Shown here in pieces: positions 1 to 9,388 of a DNA stretch of 41,212 nt (positions are counted from its first letter, which is position 1; every line of letters begins with the position of its first letter). Made by a program: the position numbers and the translations under genes. The notes under the pieces were generated by a model. That model made no database searches. It saw only the letters and a list, made by a program, of their open reading frames with translations, and was not told the DNA's origin. Where the stretch lies: the IMG/VR virus record IMGVR_UViG_3300012984_000013, positions 77,581-118,792 of that record; one strand, written 5' to 3'. The DNA is from a virus (lineage: Duplodnaviria; Heunggongvirae; Uroviricota; Caudoviricetes).

Positions 1-501
1 AGTAAATCTAATAAATTCGATGATTTAGGATTCCTGGCTTGGATAGACGAAAATAACCAAGAACAGTTACTTTATTATTGGGTAACTACAGATCCAGGAA
101 AGTCCTATTTATTAGCTCCAATGAAGAGAGATGGGTGTATCATTACTGTTCCAGGTCAATATTTAGAAGTATTTGCTATAGGATTACATAATGGTAAATA
201 TCAATGTTTCAAACAAGTTGGTAAAATGGCCTATGTAAGAGATAATAATAAAGATGAAATTCTTGATTTTTCCCTGTACAAGGACCCTGAAAAGGCTAAA
301 ACTAATATATTTTGGGATATTTGTAATACGAATTATCATAGAGCACATGAATTCAAAATAGTAGAGTACGTTTTTAATTATAGCGCGGGATGTACTGTTG
401 TAAAAAATCCAGAAACTTACAAAAAACTTATTGAATTACAGAATAAAAGCAGTAAATTTGGATTTCAAAGATTTGATTACACTTTATTTGAAGAACAATG
501 A
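1..501 (+). CDS. 5'-truncated putative lysin / cell-wall hydrolase (TTDPG...PGQY...HRA...SAGC family)
   Basis: Frame is open from base 1 (SKSNKFDDLGFLAW...WVTTDPGKSYLLAP) into the called ORF at 121. The NxFDD, TTDPG, PGQY, HRA and SAGC motifs resemble a Bacteroidota-phage family usually treated as L,D-transpeptidase-like lysins. Function is inferred. Confidence 0.5.
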   Translation, partial: SKSNKFDDLGFLAWIDENNQEQLLYYWVTTDPGKSYLLAPMKRDGCIITVPGQYLEVFAIGLHNGKYQCFKQVGKMAYVRDNNKDEILDFSLYKDPEKAKTNIFWDICNTNYHRAHEFKIVEYVFNYSAGCTVVKNPETYKKLIELQNKSSKFGFQRFDYTLFEEQ

Positions 502-632
502 AAATATATAAAGAATTCTATTTTGGTATAGGATTAGGATATACACAAGTGTACTTCCAACACCTTATTATACTACCTTTTATCGTAATACTAATTGATC
601 TTGAAAATGACGAAGTTTTGGGGAATAAGTGA
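498..632 (+). CDS. small hydrophobic hypothetical protein, 44 aa (not in ORF track)
   Basis: MKIYKEFYFGIGLGYTQVYFQHLIILPFIVILIDLENDEVLGNK. ATGA overlap with the upstream stop; fills the gap before the phosphoesterase. Confidence 0.5.
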   Translation: MKIYKEFYFGIGLGYTQVYFQHLIILPFIVILIDLENDEVLGNK

Positions 633-1281
633 TACACATGGAATGCATAGACAAGCTATAATTCCTGATAATGTAGATTGTATCTTATATGGTGGAGATA
701 GCACTAATTCTATGAATTTAAACCAGAATCTTATAGAATTTGAAGATTTCTTTAATTGGTTCTCCGAACTAAGTATTCCTAACAAAGTCCTCATAGCTGG
801 TAATCATGATATACATTTAACTAAACAGTATATTAAAGATAAGGTTAAAGAAGCTGGGATTATTTATCTTGAGGACGATTATTTTACTTTAAATAGTATT
901 AAAATCTTTGGTTCTCCTTGGACTCCCAGATATGGAGATTGGAGCTTTATGAAAGATAGATCTAAAATGGACCCTATTTGGAGACATGTAGAGCCAGATA
1001 CAGATATATGGTTAATACATGGTCCTCCAGAAGGAATACTAGATCTAACTGAGGACAGAGAGTATAGATTAGTACAAGCAGGGGACATTTCTCTATATAA
1101 GAGAGTTATGGAAAAAAGACCAAAGTATGTAGTATATGGTCATATTCATGATTTTAAGACTTGTAAGAATTTTGGTACTTTAAAAAGAGACTTCGGAACT
1201 ACTTTTATGAATGTTAGTAGTGTTGAAGATGGAAGATTTGATAAAGGTCTTATCCATAATGGAATAACATTCGAACTATAA
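607..1281 (+). CDS. metallophosphoesterase (calcineurin-like, 239FB-type)
   Basis: Motifs ISDTH, GGD, AGNHD, HGPP and GHIH are all present. Start at 607 preferred over 595. Confidence 0.9.
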   Translation: MTKFWGISDTHGMHRQAIIPDNVDCILYGGDSTNSMNLNQNLIEFEDFFNWFSELSIPNKVLIAGNHDIHLTKQYIKDKVKEAGIIYLEDDYFTLNSIKIFGSPWTPRYGDWSFMKDRSKMDPIWRHVEPDTDIWLIHGPPEGILDLTEDREYRLVQAGDISLYKRVMEKRPKYVVYGHIHDFKTCKNFGTLKRDFGTTFMNVSSVEDGRFDKGLIHNGITFEL

Positions 1282-1292
1282 CAACTACTACT

Positions 1293-1529
1293 ATGAAAAG
1301 CACAGAAGAAAGAACACAACTGATTAATCAATTATCAGAGTCAATTTATCATTGGAAACATGCAGATCCTTTAAATATGCTGTTTTTTAACGAATTTATA
1401 GCAGAAGAAGTATCTCAAATGGATATAGACCATGATGATAAATTAGTGGTAACAGAAGCTTTAGAGAAGATATTTAACATAGTACTGAAATATGAACAGA
1501 GAAACATACTTGCTGATGAGAAACAATAA
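1293..1529 (+). CDS. hypothetical protein
   Basis: 78-aa ORF in the co-oriented gene run; no motif recognised. Confidence 0.65.
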   Translation: MKSTEERTQLINQLSESIYHWKHADPLNMLFFNEFIAEEVSQMDIDHDDKLVVTEALEKIFNIVLKYEQRNILADEKQ

Positions 1530-1737
1530 TTCTCTTGACTATGTATTTGATTACTATGTAAATAGTGATGTACATAAGGATAAAGAGAAGTTGAGTTATG
1601 AGCAATTTTGGTTTGCTTTCAGTAAATGGCCATTTGCTCAGATTACAGCAGATATTCTGACTCAATATTATGATCATCTCTATACTATTGTTAAAGTAGA
1701 AGATCTCAAAAAAGGCATAATTTTAAAGTATATATGA
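1492..1737 (+). CDS. hypothetical protein
   Basis: 81-aa ORF with ATGA overlap onto the helicase start; true start may be a few codons downstream. Confidence 0.65.
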   Translation: MNRETYLLMRNNNSLDYVFDYYVNSDVHKDKEKLSYEQFWFAFSKWPFAQITADILTQYYDHLYTIVKVEDLKKGIILKYI

Positions 1738-2813
1738 GTAAGCAAACCGAATTACAAGACCAATTTGCCAAAAAAACAATAGATTTCTTTAAATCTAATA
1801 AGCATGGCTTCGCAAATTTAAGTATTCGATTTGGTAAAACCAGATATGCTATAGAAGTACTAAAAGCTCAGTTTAGTAATTGTACAGTATTACTCTGTTA
1901 TCCAGATAATCTATTAAAGGATAGCTGGATAGCAGAGTTCTCAAAATGGGAATATAGTAATCCTAACGTAGTATTTGTTAACTTCTCTTCTTTACATAAA
2001 TATAAAGATAAGGCTTTTGATTTTATAATATGTGACGAATTTCATAGTTGTTCAGACTTGGAGAGAGACTACTGTCACCAGATAATGACCAATCATAAGG
2101 ATACCAAATTCTTAGGGTTATCAGGAACTGTAAGTAGTGAAACTAAAGGAGAATGGGGACTTAAGGAGATAGTTAAGTATACTACTGATGAAGCTATTAG
2201 AGATGGAGTAGTTGCTAATTATCAGGTTACTGTCCATTTAGTAAGTCTTGACAACAAAATCAAGACTCCTAATAGTAAGGGTAAAATGTTGACTGAAAAA
2301 CAAAGGTATGACAACTATTCTTATGTTATAGATAAGATGATAAAGGATGGTAGGAATTCTATGCACTTAGCTCTTACCAGGAATAGACTATCATTATCTT
2401 CTATTGGAAAGATAGAGTATACTAAAAAGCTACTTAAATCTCTATCTGATAAAAGAGTTATAGTATTTACAGGGTTAAATAAAGTAAGTGATTCTTTAGG
2501 TATATGTTCATATCATTCAGAATCTGCTGAAAATAGTACTTTTATGAACTTCATAGAAGGTAGAATAAACCAATTAGCTTTATCTGCTATGGGAAAAACT
2601 GGTATAACATATCCCTTGCTTGATAGTGTAATTTTACTTAACTTTACATATAATAAAGAGGAAAGTAGTCAAATTCTAAACAGAGCTATAAAACTAGACT
2701 ATAACGGTAAAATAGCTGATCTTCATGTAATTTGCCTCCAGGAAAAGGCGGAGCTTAAAAAAGTTAAAGAATCTCTTAGTATGTTAGATCCTTCCAAGAT
2801 AAAATATATTTGA
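1734..2813 (+). CDS. superfamily 2 helicase-like protein (ResIII/UvsW-like)
   Basis: Walker A-like RFGKT, Walker B IICDEFH, motif III-like GLSGT, C-terminal MGKTGITYP and QILNRA. Confidence 0.8.
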   Translation: MSKQTELQDQFAKKTIDFFKSNKHGFANLSIRFGKTRYAIEVLKAQFSNCTVLLCYPDNLLKDSWIAEFSKWEYSNPNVVFVNFSSLHKYKDKAFDFIICDEFHSCSDLERDYCHQIMTNHKDTKFLGLSGTVSSETKGEWGLKEIVKYTTDEAIRDGVVANYQVTVHLVSLDNKIKTPNSKGKMLTEKQRYDNYSYVIDKMIKDGRNSMHLALTRNRLSLSSIGKIEYTKKLLKSLSDKRVIVFTGLNKVSDSLGICSYHSESAENSTFMNFIEGRINQLALSAMGKTGITYPLLDSVILLNFTYNKEESSQILNRAIKLDYNGKIADLHVICLQEKAELKKVKESLSMLDPSKIKYI

Positions 2814-2818
2814 TTTTA

Positions 2819-2850
2819 TTTGTTTATTAATATAAATTAGCATATATTTG
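2819..2850 (+). promoter_or_regulatory. Bacteroidota sigma70-type promoter (-33 TTTG / -7 TAnnTTTG) upstream of the LAGLIDADG gene
   Basis: TTTG 2819-2822, 20-nt spacer, TATATTTG 2843-2850; exact match to the established consensus. Confidence 0.8.
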
Positions 2851-2872
2851 CAAGTATATGTTAAAATAAGCT

Positions 2873-3958
2873 ATGAAAAGATCAGAAATAAAAGAAGATG
2901 ACTTGGTAAGTGACTACTTGAAAGGACTACCTTTCTATAAATGCTGTATTAAGTATAAAACTTCAGAGAAAAGGATACGAGAAATATTATTAAGAAATAA
3001 TATTACAATTAGAAATAAATCAGAATCTTTTGGAATAACAAAAGAAGTAGAAAGTAGTATTGTAAATTCATATACAAACCTTAGAAAAAGTCAATATTTA
3101 ATAAGTAAAGAATTAAATATACCACATGAGACTATTTCTAATATATTAAAAAGAAATAATATCAAGATAGAAAAATGGCAATATAATGTAAATCATAATT
3201 TTTTCCAAGATATAAACACTCCTGAAAAAGCATACTTCTTAGGTTGGATGATAAGCGATGGTTGTAATAAAAGTAAGGGTATCCATATAAATTTGCAGAA
3301 AAAAGATGAGTTCATTTTAGAGATTTTTAAAAAAATAATAGAGTATGAAGGACCTCTATATTATCAGAAAGGAAGATGTCTAAATTGTGATGATCTAGTA
3401 TCATTGGTCATATATTCTACTAAATTATCCGAAGATCTATCTAAATTAGGTATAGTACCAAACAAGTCTCATTATACATATTTCCCTGATATCCCTGAAG
3501 AATTATATCCTTATTTTATAAGAGGAGTATTTGAGGGAGATGGTACAATTTCCCAAATTGGGAATGGTGTTTATAGAGTAGGATTTTCAGGTACTTTTAA
3601 ATTAATGAGTGATATTCTACAAGTATTAATAAAAAAATGTGATATAAATAGCCTAAAAGTCTCCAGAGTAGGAAAACAGACTACTCACACCTTAATTATT
3701 TCAGGGTCTTATCAAGCACTAAGAGTAATGAATTACTTATATAAGGATAGATTAGATTTAGTCTTAAAAAGGAAATATGAAAAGATATTTAGTATAAATC
3801 CTGGGTTAAAAAGTATATTTTACAATAATATGATTTACTCTATAAATGAAGTAGCTAGTAAATTATCAAAAAATAAAAACGACAGACTGAAAATTTTAAG
3901 AAAATTAAGGAAAGAGAGCTTATCTATGCTCGATCAAACTAAAATTAAATATATATGA
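2873..3958 (+). mobile_element. free-standing LAGLIDADG homing endonuclease gene with N-terminal HTH-like repeats
   Basis: Two LAGLIDADG-like helices (AYFLGWMISDG; FIRGVFEGDG) and two N-terminal repeats ending ILxRNNI. The C-terminus duplicates the helicase C-terminus. Confidence 0.85.
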
Positions 3959-4167
3959 CAAGTAGAGATTTTTGTTATTGGATGCAAGGATTTTTTGAGA
4001 TTCAAAACCCTGAAAGTATAGAAAAAGATAAAGTAGAAATGATTAAGAAACACTTAAATCTAGTATTCAAGCATGAAATAGATCCTTCTATGGGAGATGA
4101 AGAACATCAAAAAGCTTTGAATAAGTTTCATTCTACAGGTAAATCAGATGTAGTAATAAGATGTTAA
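3955..4167 (+). CDS. hypothetical protein
   Basis: 70-aa ORF (FCYWMQGFFEI), ATGA-coupled to the upstream stop. Confidence 0.75.
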   Translation: MTSRDFCYWMQGFFEIQNPESIEKDKVEMIKKHLNLVFKHEIDPSMGDEEHQKALNKFHSTGKSDVVIRC

Positions 4168-4256
4168 AAAATTAAATATTTATGAATTATCTATTATTAT
4201 TCTTGGTTACTATTCTACAAAATGGTAGCTTTACACTAAAATTAAACCAATAAAGA

Positions 4257-5105
4257 ATGAGTAAAGAAACATTAGAAGTAAAAAAGAAAGAAGAAATAGT
4301 ATTACCAGATGAAGTATCACCAGTTGGTGAGAACTTACCACCCAAAGACTTTATTGTACTCAGTATTCCCAAGATGGGAAAGGGTTCTATTTTTGGAGAT
4401 TTTACTACAAAATATAATGCTCTTGTATTTGGTCTTGAAAAAGGAGGTTATGAATATATTCCAGCTAGAAAGATAGAAATTCACTCTTCTGATGAAACTA
4501 CTCAATGGGAAGCATTTCAGAACTATATTAAGTATAGAAAAGCTCTTCTTGAACAAAAAGGTAAGTATGATTACCTTATTATTGATGGTTTAGCTGATTT
4601 AGATGAACTGTCAGTTATTGGAGGCACCCTAGCTTATATGGATACTGTTATAGGTAAGAGTTTTAATAGGTCTAAAGATGGTCAGAAGATTCCATATGGA
4701 GAACCTGATTGGAAGCCTGTAACTAGCTTACCTGATGGTAATGGATATCAACATACTAGGAAATGGTTCCTTGAGCAAATCGATATCTTTAAGCAAATTG
4801 CTCCATATAGACTATATGCTGCTCACGTAGCTGATAAGACTATTAAAGATAATGGTAAGGAAGAAATTACTACTGGAGAAATAGCACTTACTGGTCAATT
4901 AAAACGTATATTTGCATCAAAAGTAACAGCTTTGGCTAAATTAATAGCTGATGGAGATGACAGATACCTTAATTTTGAAGTAGCTAATGAGAGTATTATT
5001 GCTGGTTCTAGAGCACCTCAATTAGAGGGTAAAATCCTTATCTCTAAGAAATTAAAAGATGGTAAGATAGAAACATATTGGGATAGTATTTATAAAACTA
5101 AATAA
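4257..5105 (+). CDS. AAA_24/Sak4-like P-loop protein (ssDNA annealing/recombination)
   Basis: P-loop-like SIPKMGKG, Walker B YLIIDG, AAHVADK and LTGQLK features, in a replication-module context. Confidence 0.65.
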   Translation: MSKETLEVKKKEEIVLPDEVSPVGENLPPKDFIVLSIPKMGKGSIFGDFTTKYNALVFGLEKGGYEYIPARKIEIHSSDETTQWEAFQNYIKYRKALLEQKGKYDYLIIDGLADLDELSVIGGTLAYMDTVIGKSFNRSKDGQKIPYGEPDWKPVTSLPDGNGYQHTRKWFLEQIDIFKQIAPYRLYAAHVADKTIKDNGKEEITTGEIALTGQLKRIFASKVTALAKLIADGDDRYLNFEVANESIIAGSRAPQLEGKILISKKLKDGKIETYWDSIYKTK

Positions 5106-5107
5106 AA

Positions 5108-5986
5108 ATGGAAAAAACGAGAGAACAACTGATTAAAGATTACAAAAAAGCTAATCAAGGTAGGAAAGTACAACTTGCTAGGAAAGCAGGATTTAATAGT
5201 GCTAGTGACTATCTTAAATATTTACAAAGTGCGAGTCCTGCTAAAAAGACTAAAATTAAGGTAAAAGAAACTCCTAAGAAGGAAATGTTGGATTATGTAG
5301 TAGCTTTTGATACTACTGGTAGTATGGCATCTTATCTTGCAGATGTTAAAAAACATGTAGAAAACCTTATTCCAGAGATGTTTTCACAAGATATCGATCT
5401 TAAAATGAAAATTATTGCTTTTGGAGACTATTGTGATATGACTTCAGATAAAATCTTTGGTAAAGCTTACCAAGAATCTAAATTTACTGATAATAAGGCT
5501 GAATTGATGAATTTTGTTAATTATGCACAAAGTACATCAGGTGGAGATTCTCCAGAGTTCTATGAACTTGTAATTAAGAAAATTACAGAAGAAACCCCTT
5601 GGAGAGATGGTGCTAAGAAAGCTGTACTATTTATTGCTGACTATGATCCGCACCCTGTAGGATATTCATATGGTAGTAAAGTAGAGAACAATCAAATTGA
5701 TTGGAGAAAAGAAGCTAAAAAAGCAGCAAATAAGGGTATTTCATTCGATACCCTTGCTATCCTTGGAGATAAATTTCCCTGGTATAAAGAATTGTCTCAA
5801 ATTACAGCAGGTGTATGGATGCCATTCCAATCATCTAATAAGATGAATGAAGTATTCAAAGCTTCTGCTTATGCTAGAGGATCAAGTAAGTCTAAAATGT
5901 CATTTGCTACAGCTTATACTGCTGCTGTAGATTCAGGAGATTCAGAATTAATTGGAACATATAAATCACTTTCAACACTTTTATAA
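5108..5986 (+). CDS. von Willebrand factor A (vWA) domain protein
   Basis: MIDAS-type DTTGSM, AFGDY, GGDSPE and LFIAD motifs after a basic N-terminal extension. Confidence 0.85.
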   Translation: MEKTREQLIKDYKKANQGRKVQLARKAGFNSASDYLKYLQSASPAKKTKIKVKETPKKEMLDYVVAFDTTGSMASYLADVKKHVENLIPEMFSQDIDLKMKIIAFGDYCDMTSDKIFGKAYQESKFTDNKAELMNFVNYAQSTSGGDSPEFYELVIKKITEETPWRDGAKKAVLFIADYDPHPVGYSYGSKVENNQIDWRKEAKKAANKGISFDTLAILGDKFPWYKELSQITAGVWMPFQSSNKMNEVFKASAYARGSSKSKMSFATAYTAAVDSGDSELIGTYKSLSTLL

Positions 5987-5993
5987 CTAAAAC

Positions 5994-6542
5994 ATGAAAA
6001 CTAACTTTAAAACACTTAAAACCGGAGAAGCTCTTTCAGAAGTACAATACTACAAGGTAGTAAAGATTGCTGGAGATAAAGTACAACTAAAAAATGGTCT
6101 AGATCAAGATATTGTAGTAGATAAAGCATATGTAGAAGATTGTCTTACCAGTGGTGAGCAGTTTACTAAGGAAGAAAAGATGAATAAGACTGATTTAGCA
6201 GCTTTATTCCTTAAAAGTACTAATACTGCCCTTACTGTAAGCTTTAATAAGCAAGTAAAAGAAGCTGATGTAGTAAAGGAGATTATGGATGCTTATACAG
6301 GTTCTACACCTAAATCTATTGAACTAGCCATTAAAAAAGCAGTTAAAAAAGGTCTAAATGGTGAAGAACGTATCCTTACAGGGTATCACTATGGTATTGT
6401 AGATGACTTTGGTCGTGTAAGTGCTACAGATATGAATATCCCTAAAGATCCAAGTGCATCCTATAATACTTCCCTTAGACTTGTAGATCCAAGAGAAATC
6501 AACTGGTTGATCCTTAAAGGAGTAAAATACGTAGTAAAGTAA
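5994..6542 (+). CDS. hypothetical protein
   Basis: 182-aa ORF with typical codon/AT pattern, tightly packed. Confidence 0.8.
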   Translation: MKTNFKTLKTGEALSEVQYYKVVKIAGDKVQLKNGLDQDIVVDKAYVEDCLTSGEQFTKEEKMNKTDLAALFLKSTNTALTVSFNKQVKEADVVKEIMDAYTGSTPKSIELAIKKAVKKGLNGEERILTGYHYGIVDDFGRVSATDMNIPKDPSASYNTSLRLVDPREINWLILKGVKYVVK

Positions 6543-6790
6543 TGACAGATTTAGAGAAATATGAAGCTGTAAATAAATGTGAAACTATAGAAGAATTTGA
6601 AAAAGTTCTTCTTAGTTTTGCTGATGAAAGCGGTAGAATACAAGGTAGAACTAGAACATTTGATGCTAATAAAATGGCAGAAAATGCTAGAATCTATTAT
6701 AATGATGATATGGATGAACTCTCTCCTAATATAGTAACGAGAGAGTTTGGTCTTAGACAACAATTAATGTACATTAAATATTATAAATAA
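6542..6790 (+). CDS. hypothetical protein
   Basis: 82-aa ORF with TAATG overlap. Confidence 0.75.
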   Translation: MTDLEKYEAVNKCETIEEFEKVLLSFADESGRIQGRTRTFDANKMAENARIYYNDDMDELSPNIVTREFGLRQQLMYIKYYK

Positions 6791-6792
6791 CT

Positions 6793-7650
6793 ATGGGAAT
6801 TAGTGGAAAATTAAGAGAAAACAATTTTGACAGCTTAGAAGTAGGACTTTTTTTAGCTGATGTAGTAGCAGTAAATCCAAGTATTGAAGAATTTAAGGAA
6901 ATTTTAGGTAGAGAACTAGATGCAGATAGTAAAGCTGCTGACTATCTAGGTGACAGTAAGGAAGGAAACATGACTGCTAGAATTGATTTTTGGTTGAAAG
7001 ATAAGCGAGAAAAGTTCAAAAAAGTGAGCTTTTTCTTGGAAAATAAGCTCAAAACTAATAAAGATAACACTAAAAACCAGTATATTAATACTGTAGGTAG
7101 CTGTTCTTGGGCTAGTGATGAGAGTCTTCTTCCAGATTGGTTTAAAAAACGAGAATACCGTCAAGCTTATGTAGGAGAAGAGGATTTATATCGATTTATG
7201 AGTACTTGGTTAGGTAAATTGGATTTTAAAGATGCTGATACTACTCTTAGTCTTGATTTTAAGAAGCTTATTAAAGGTAATGTTAAGGAAATCAAAGAAC
7301 AAATTGGTTCAGAATTAAGCAGTCCTGTAGTAGCTCTAGCTACTGTTAAAACAGTAGAAAAGGAAGATGGGGATAAATCCTATCAATCTGTCTATAATAG
7401 GGGATTTCTACCTGAATATAGCCTAAAACAGTTCAGATTAGTAGATTATACAAATGATGAAGTTATTGAGAATCTTAAACGTAAAGATCCTAAGAAGCTT
7501 ATGACACATGAGCGATTTGTGCTTCAGGTAACTAATTCAGAGCATGGGGTTAAAGAAAGCTACATACTTAAAGATATCAAGGAATATAATCCTTCTGACT
7601 TCCTAGTAGGAACAGATAAGGTTATTTCTGACGATGATCCAGGATATTAA
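6793..7650 (+). CDS. putative single-stranded DNA-binding protein (crAss-like type)
   Basis: VVAVNP...RIDFWL pattern, acidic/aromatic tail (SDDDPGY), position between Sak4-like gene and primase. Function inferred. Confidence 0.5.
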   Translation: MGISGKLRENNFDSLEVGLFLADVVAVNPSIEEFKEILGRELDADSKAADYLGDSKEGNMTARIDFWLKDKREKFKKVSFFLENKLKTNKDNTKNQYINTVGSCSWASDESLLPDWFKKREYRQAYVGEEDLYRFMSTWLGKLDFKDADTTLSLDFKKLIKGNVKEIKEQIGSELSSPVVALATVKTVEKEDGDKSYQSVYNRGFLPEYSLKQFRLVDYTNDEVIENLKRKDPKKLMTHERFVLQVTNSEHGVKESYILKDIKEYNPSDFLVGTDKVISDDDPGY

Positions 7651-7672
7651 TTAATTTGTTTTCGTTTTGTTC

Positions 7673-7702
7673 AAGGTGAGGTAGTAATATCTCACCTTTT
7701 TT
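7673..7702 (+). terminator. intrinsic terminator
   Basis: AAGGTGAGGTA-GTAA-TATCTCACCTT stem with a GNRA tetraloop, followed by a T run, just after the SSB-like gene. Confidence 0.85.
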
Positions 7703-7717
7703 ATTTAAATTGCATAT

Positions 7718-8092
7718 ATGATAACAGAAAATAATAAGATTAAATTTAGGGCATTAAATCCTTTTACAAATACTATAATTGAAGACGTATCAGATTTAAC
7801 AGTAGATCAGTTATTAACATCTGAACTAGTTCCGTTAAGATATTCTGGAATTAAAGATGATAATGGAGAGGAAATATATGAACATGATATAGTAAGAGGT
7901 ATAGGATTTGACCAAAATGAATATTTCATTGCGAAAATAGAATTTAAATCAGGAGCTTTTGTTACATTAGTTAATGGGTGGGCTACTTCTTCAGATTTAG
8001 GTGGATGGGCTATAGAAATTATAAGAATAGGTAGCATTTATGAAAAAGAAAACAAGGAATTATATGAAAGATATGTTTGGAAAAGAGTTTGA
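7718..8092 (+). CDS. YopX-family protein
   Basis: IKFRA...YSGIKDDNGEEIYEHDIV...IGSIYE pattern. Confidence 0.8.
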   Translation: MITENNKIKFRALNPFTNTIIEDVSDLTVDQLLTSELVPLRYSGIKDDNGEEIYEHDIVRGIGFDQNEYFIAKIEFKSGAFVTLVNGWATSSDLGGWAIEIIRIGSIYEKENKELYERYVWKRV

Positions 8093-8381
8093 AAATGGCC
8101 ATATTGCTGCTGTAAGATACGTTTGGAATTCTTATGTAGGGGTAATTCGTCCATTTAGAGGTTTTACCTCTGAAGGTGCTCGTAGATTTGCGTTTTTTAG
8201 CCCTCACCCTATAGAACAGAATAAAACATATCAAATATTAGGACATGTTAGTAAAGACCATAAAGATTTTAATGAGGAAGTGTTTAATTGGTATCATAAT
8301 GAAGAAGGAGAATGTCCTGTTAAGATAGAAGTGTATAGAGATTTTGCAAAGGAAACGGAAGAATTTTTGAAAAAGAAATAA
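8064..8381 (+). CDS. hypothetical protein
   Basis: ORF track gives 8040; start at MKDMFG (8064) preferred. Confidence 0.65.
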   Translation: MKDMFGKEFENGHIAAVRYVWNSYVGVIRPFRGFTSEGARRFAFFSPHPIEQNKTYQILGHVSKDHKDFNEEVFNWYHNEEGECPVKIEVYRDFAKETEEFLKKK

Positions 8382-8383
8382 TT

Positions 8384-9388
8384 ATGCCTATACAAGGTAA
8401 ACTAAAGCAAGATTTAACAATGGATAGTATCCTTTCGAAAGTATCAGAATTTGATATTTTTAAAGCCTATTATCCTGGTAATTTCGAATTAAACCAAGTC
8501 TGTATATCACCATTTCCAAGAAGTAAAGGTATAGAAACTCATCCCTCCTTTGTAATAGGAAATAAGTACGGACATTTATCATTTATTGATTATGGAGACT
8601 CAGAAAAAAGAGGCGATTGTTTTAATTTTGTAAGACTTATTACTCATTCTAGCACTTTAAATGAGACATTAGAACATATAGATAGTAAATTTGGCTTAGG
8701 TTTTAGAGGTGTTCAGAGAGACTATAAAAAAGCTATTTCTGAATATAAACAACCAGAGGTTACTAAAAGAAACACAGTAATACAAGTTGTTACTAGGAAA
8801 TTTACTTTAGAAGAGTTAAAATATTGGTCAGAGTATCATGTTGATTTACAGGATCTTAGAAAAAATGATGTTTATTCTATAAAAACTATGTATTTCAATA
8901 AAACTAAATTTCCACTAAAAGATACAGAGTTAAGATTTGGTTATTTGTTTGGAAACACTTGGAAGATATATCGTCCTTTTAGTGATAAAAAGAATAAATG
9001 GCTATCTAATGTACCACTACAAACTTCTTGGGGAACAGAGAATCTTAAAAAAGGTAAAAATAGCCTAATTTGCAAAGCAAAGAAGGATTTTATGGTATGC
9101 AAAAAGATATTAGATGAAGTGGTAGGTATTCAAAATGAAAGTCTAGCAGCCTTTTCAGAAAAATTTGTAAATGAAGTAACAAATAATTCAGAAGAAGTAT
9201 TTTATGGAGGAGATTCAGATGCACCAGGAAAACAAGCGAGTTATAATATAACTGGAGCATTTGGATATAAACATATAAATGCACCAGATAGACTACTTCC
9301 AGCAACAAAAGATCTAGCTGATTGGGCTAAATTAGAAGGATTGGATGCCTTAGAGAGACATTTTAAAAACAAAAAATTAATAATATGA
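8384..9388 (+). CDS. DNA primase (TOPRIM, crAss-like type)
   Basis: N-terminal SPF..R...PSF...DYG..GDCF region, WKIYRP, KAKKD and TOPRIM-like GDSDAPG. Confidence 0.75.
   Translation: MPIQGKLKQDLTMDSILSKVSEFDIFKAYYPGNFELNQVCISPFPRSKGIETHPSFVIGNKYGHLSFIDYGDSEKRGDCFNFVRLITHSSTLNETLEHIDSKFGLGFRGVQRDYKKAISEYKQPEVTKRNTVIQVVTRKFTLEELKYWSEYHVDLQDLRKNDVYSIKTMYFNKTKFPLKDTELRFGYLFGNTWKIYRPFSDKKNKWLSNVPLQTSWGTENLKKGKNSLICKAKKDFMVCKKILDEVVGIQNESLAAFSEKFVNEVTNNSEEVFYGGDSDAPGKQASYNITGAFGYKHINAPDRLLPATKDLADWAKLEGLDALERHFKNKKLII

Noticed and set aside
2814-3958. Group I intron housing the LAGLIDADG ORF
   Set aside because: The helicase already has a complete C-terminus and stop. The non-coding part is 59 AT-rich nt explained by a promoter, with no recognisable ribozyme core.
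4182-4253. 23-codon hydrophobic ORF (MNYLLLFLVTILQNGSFTLKLNQ)
   Set aside because: Too short to distinguish from chance in an AT-rich spacer.
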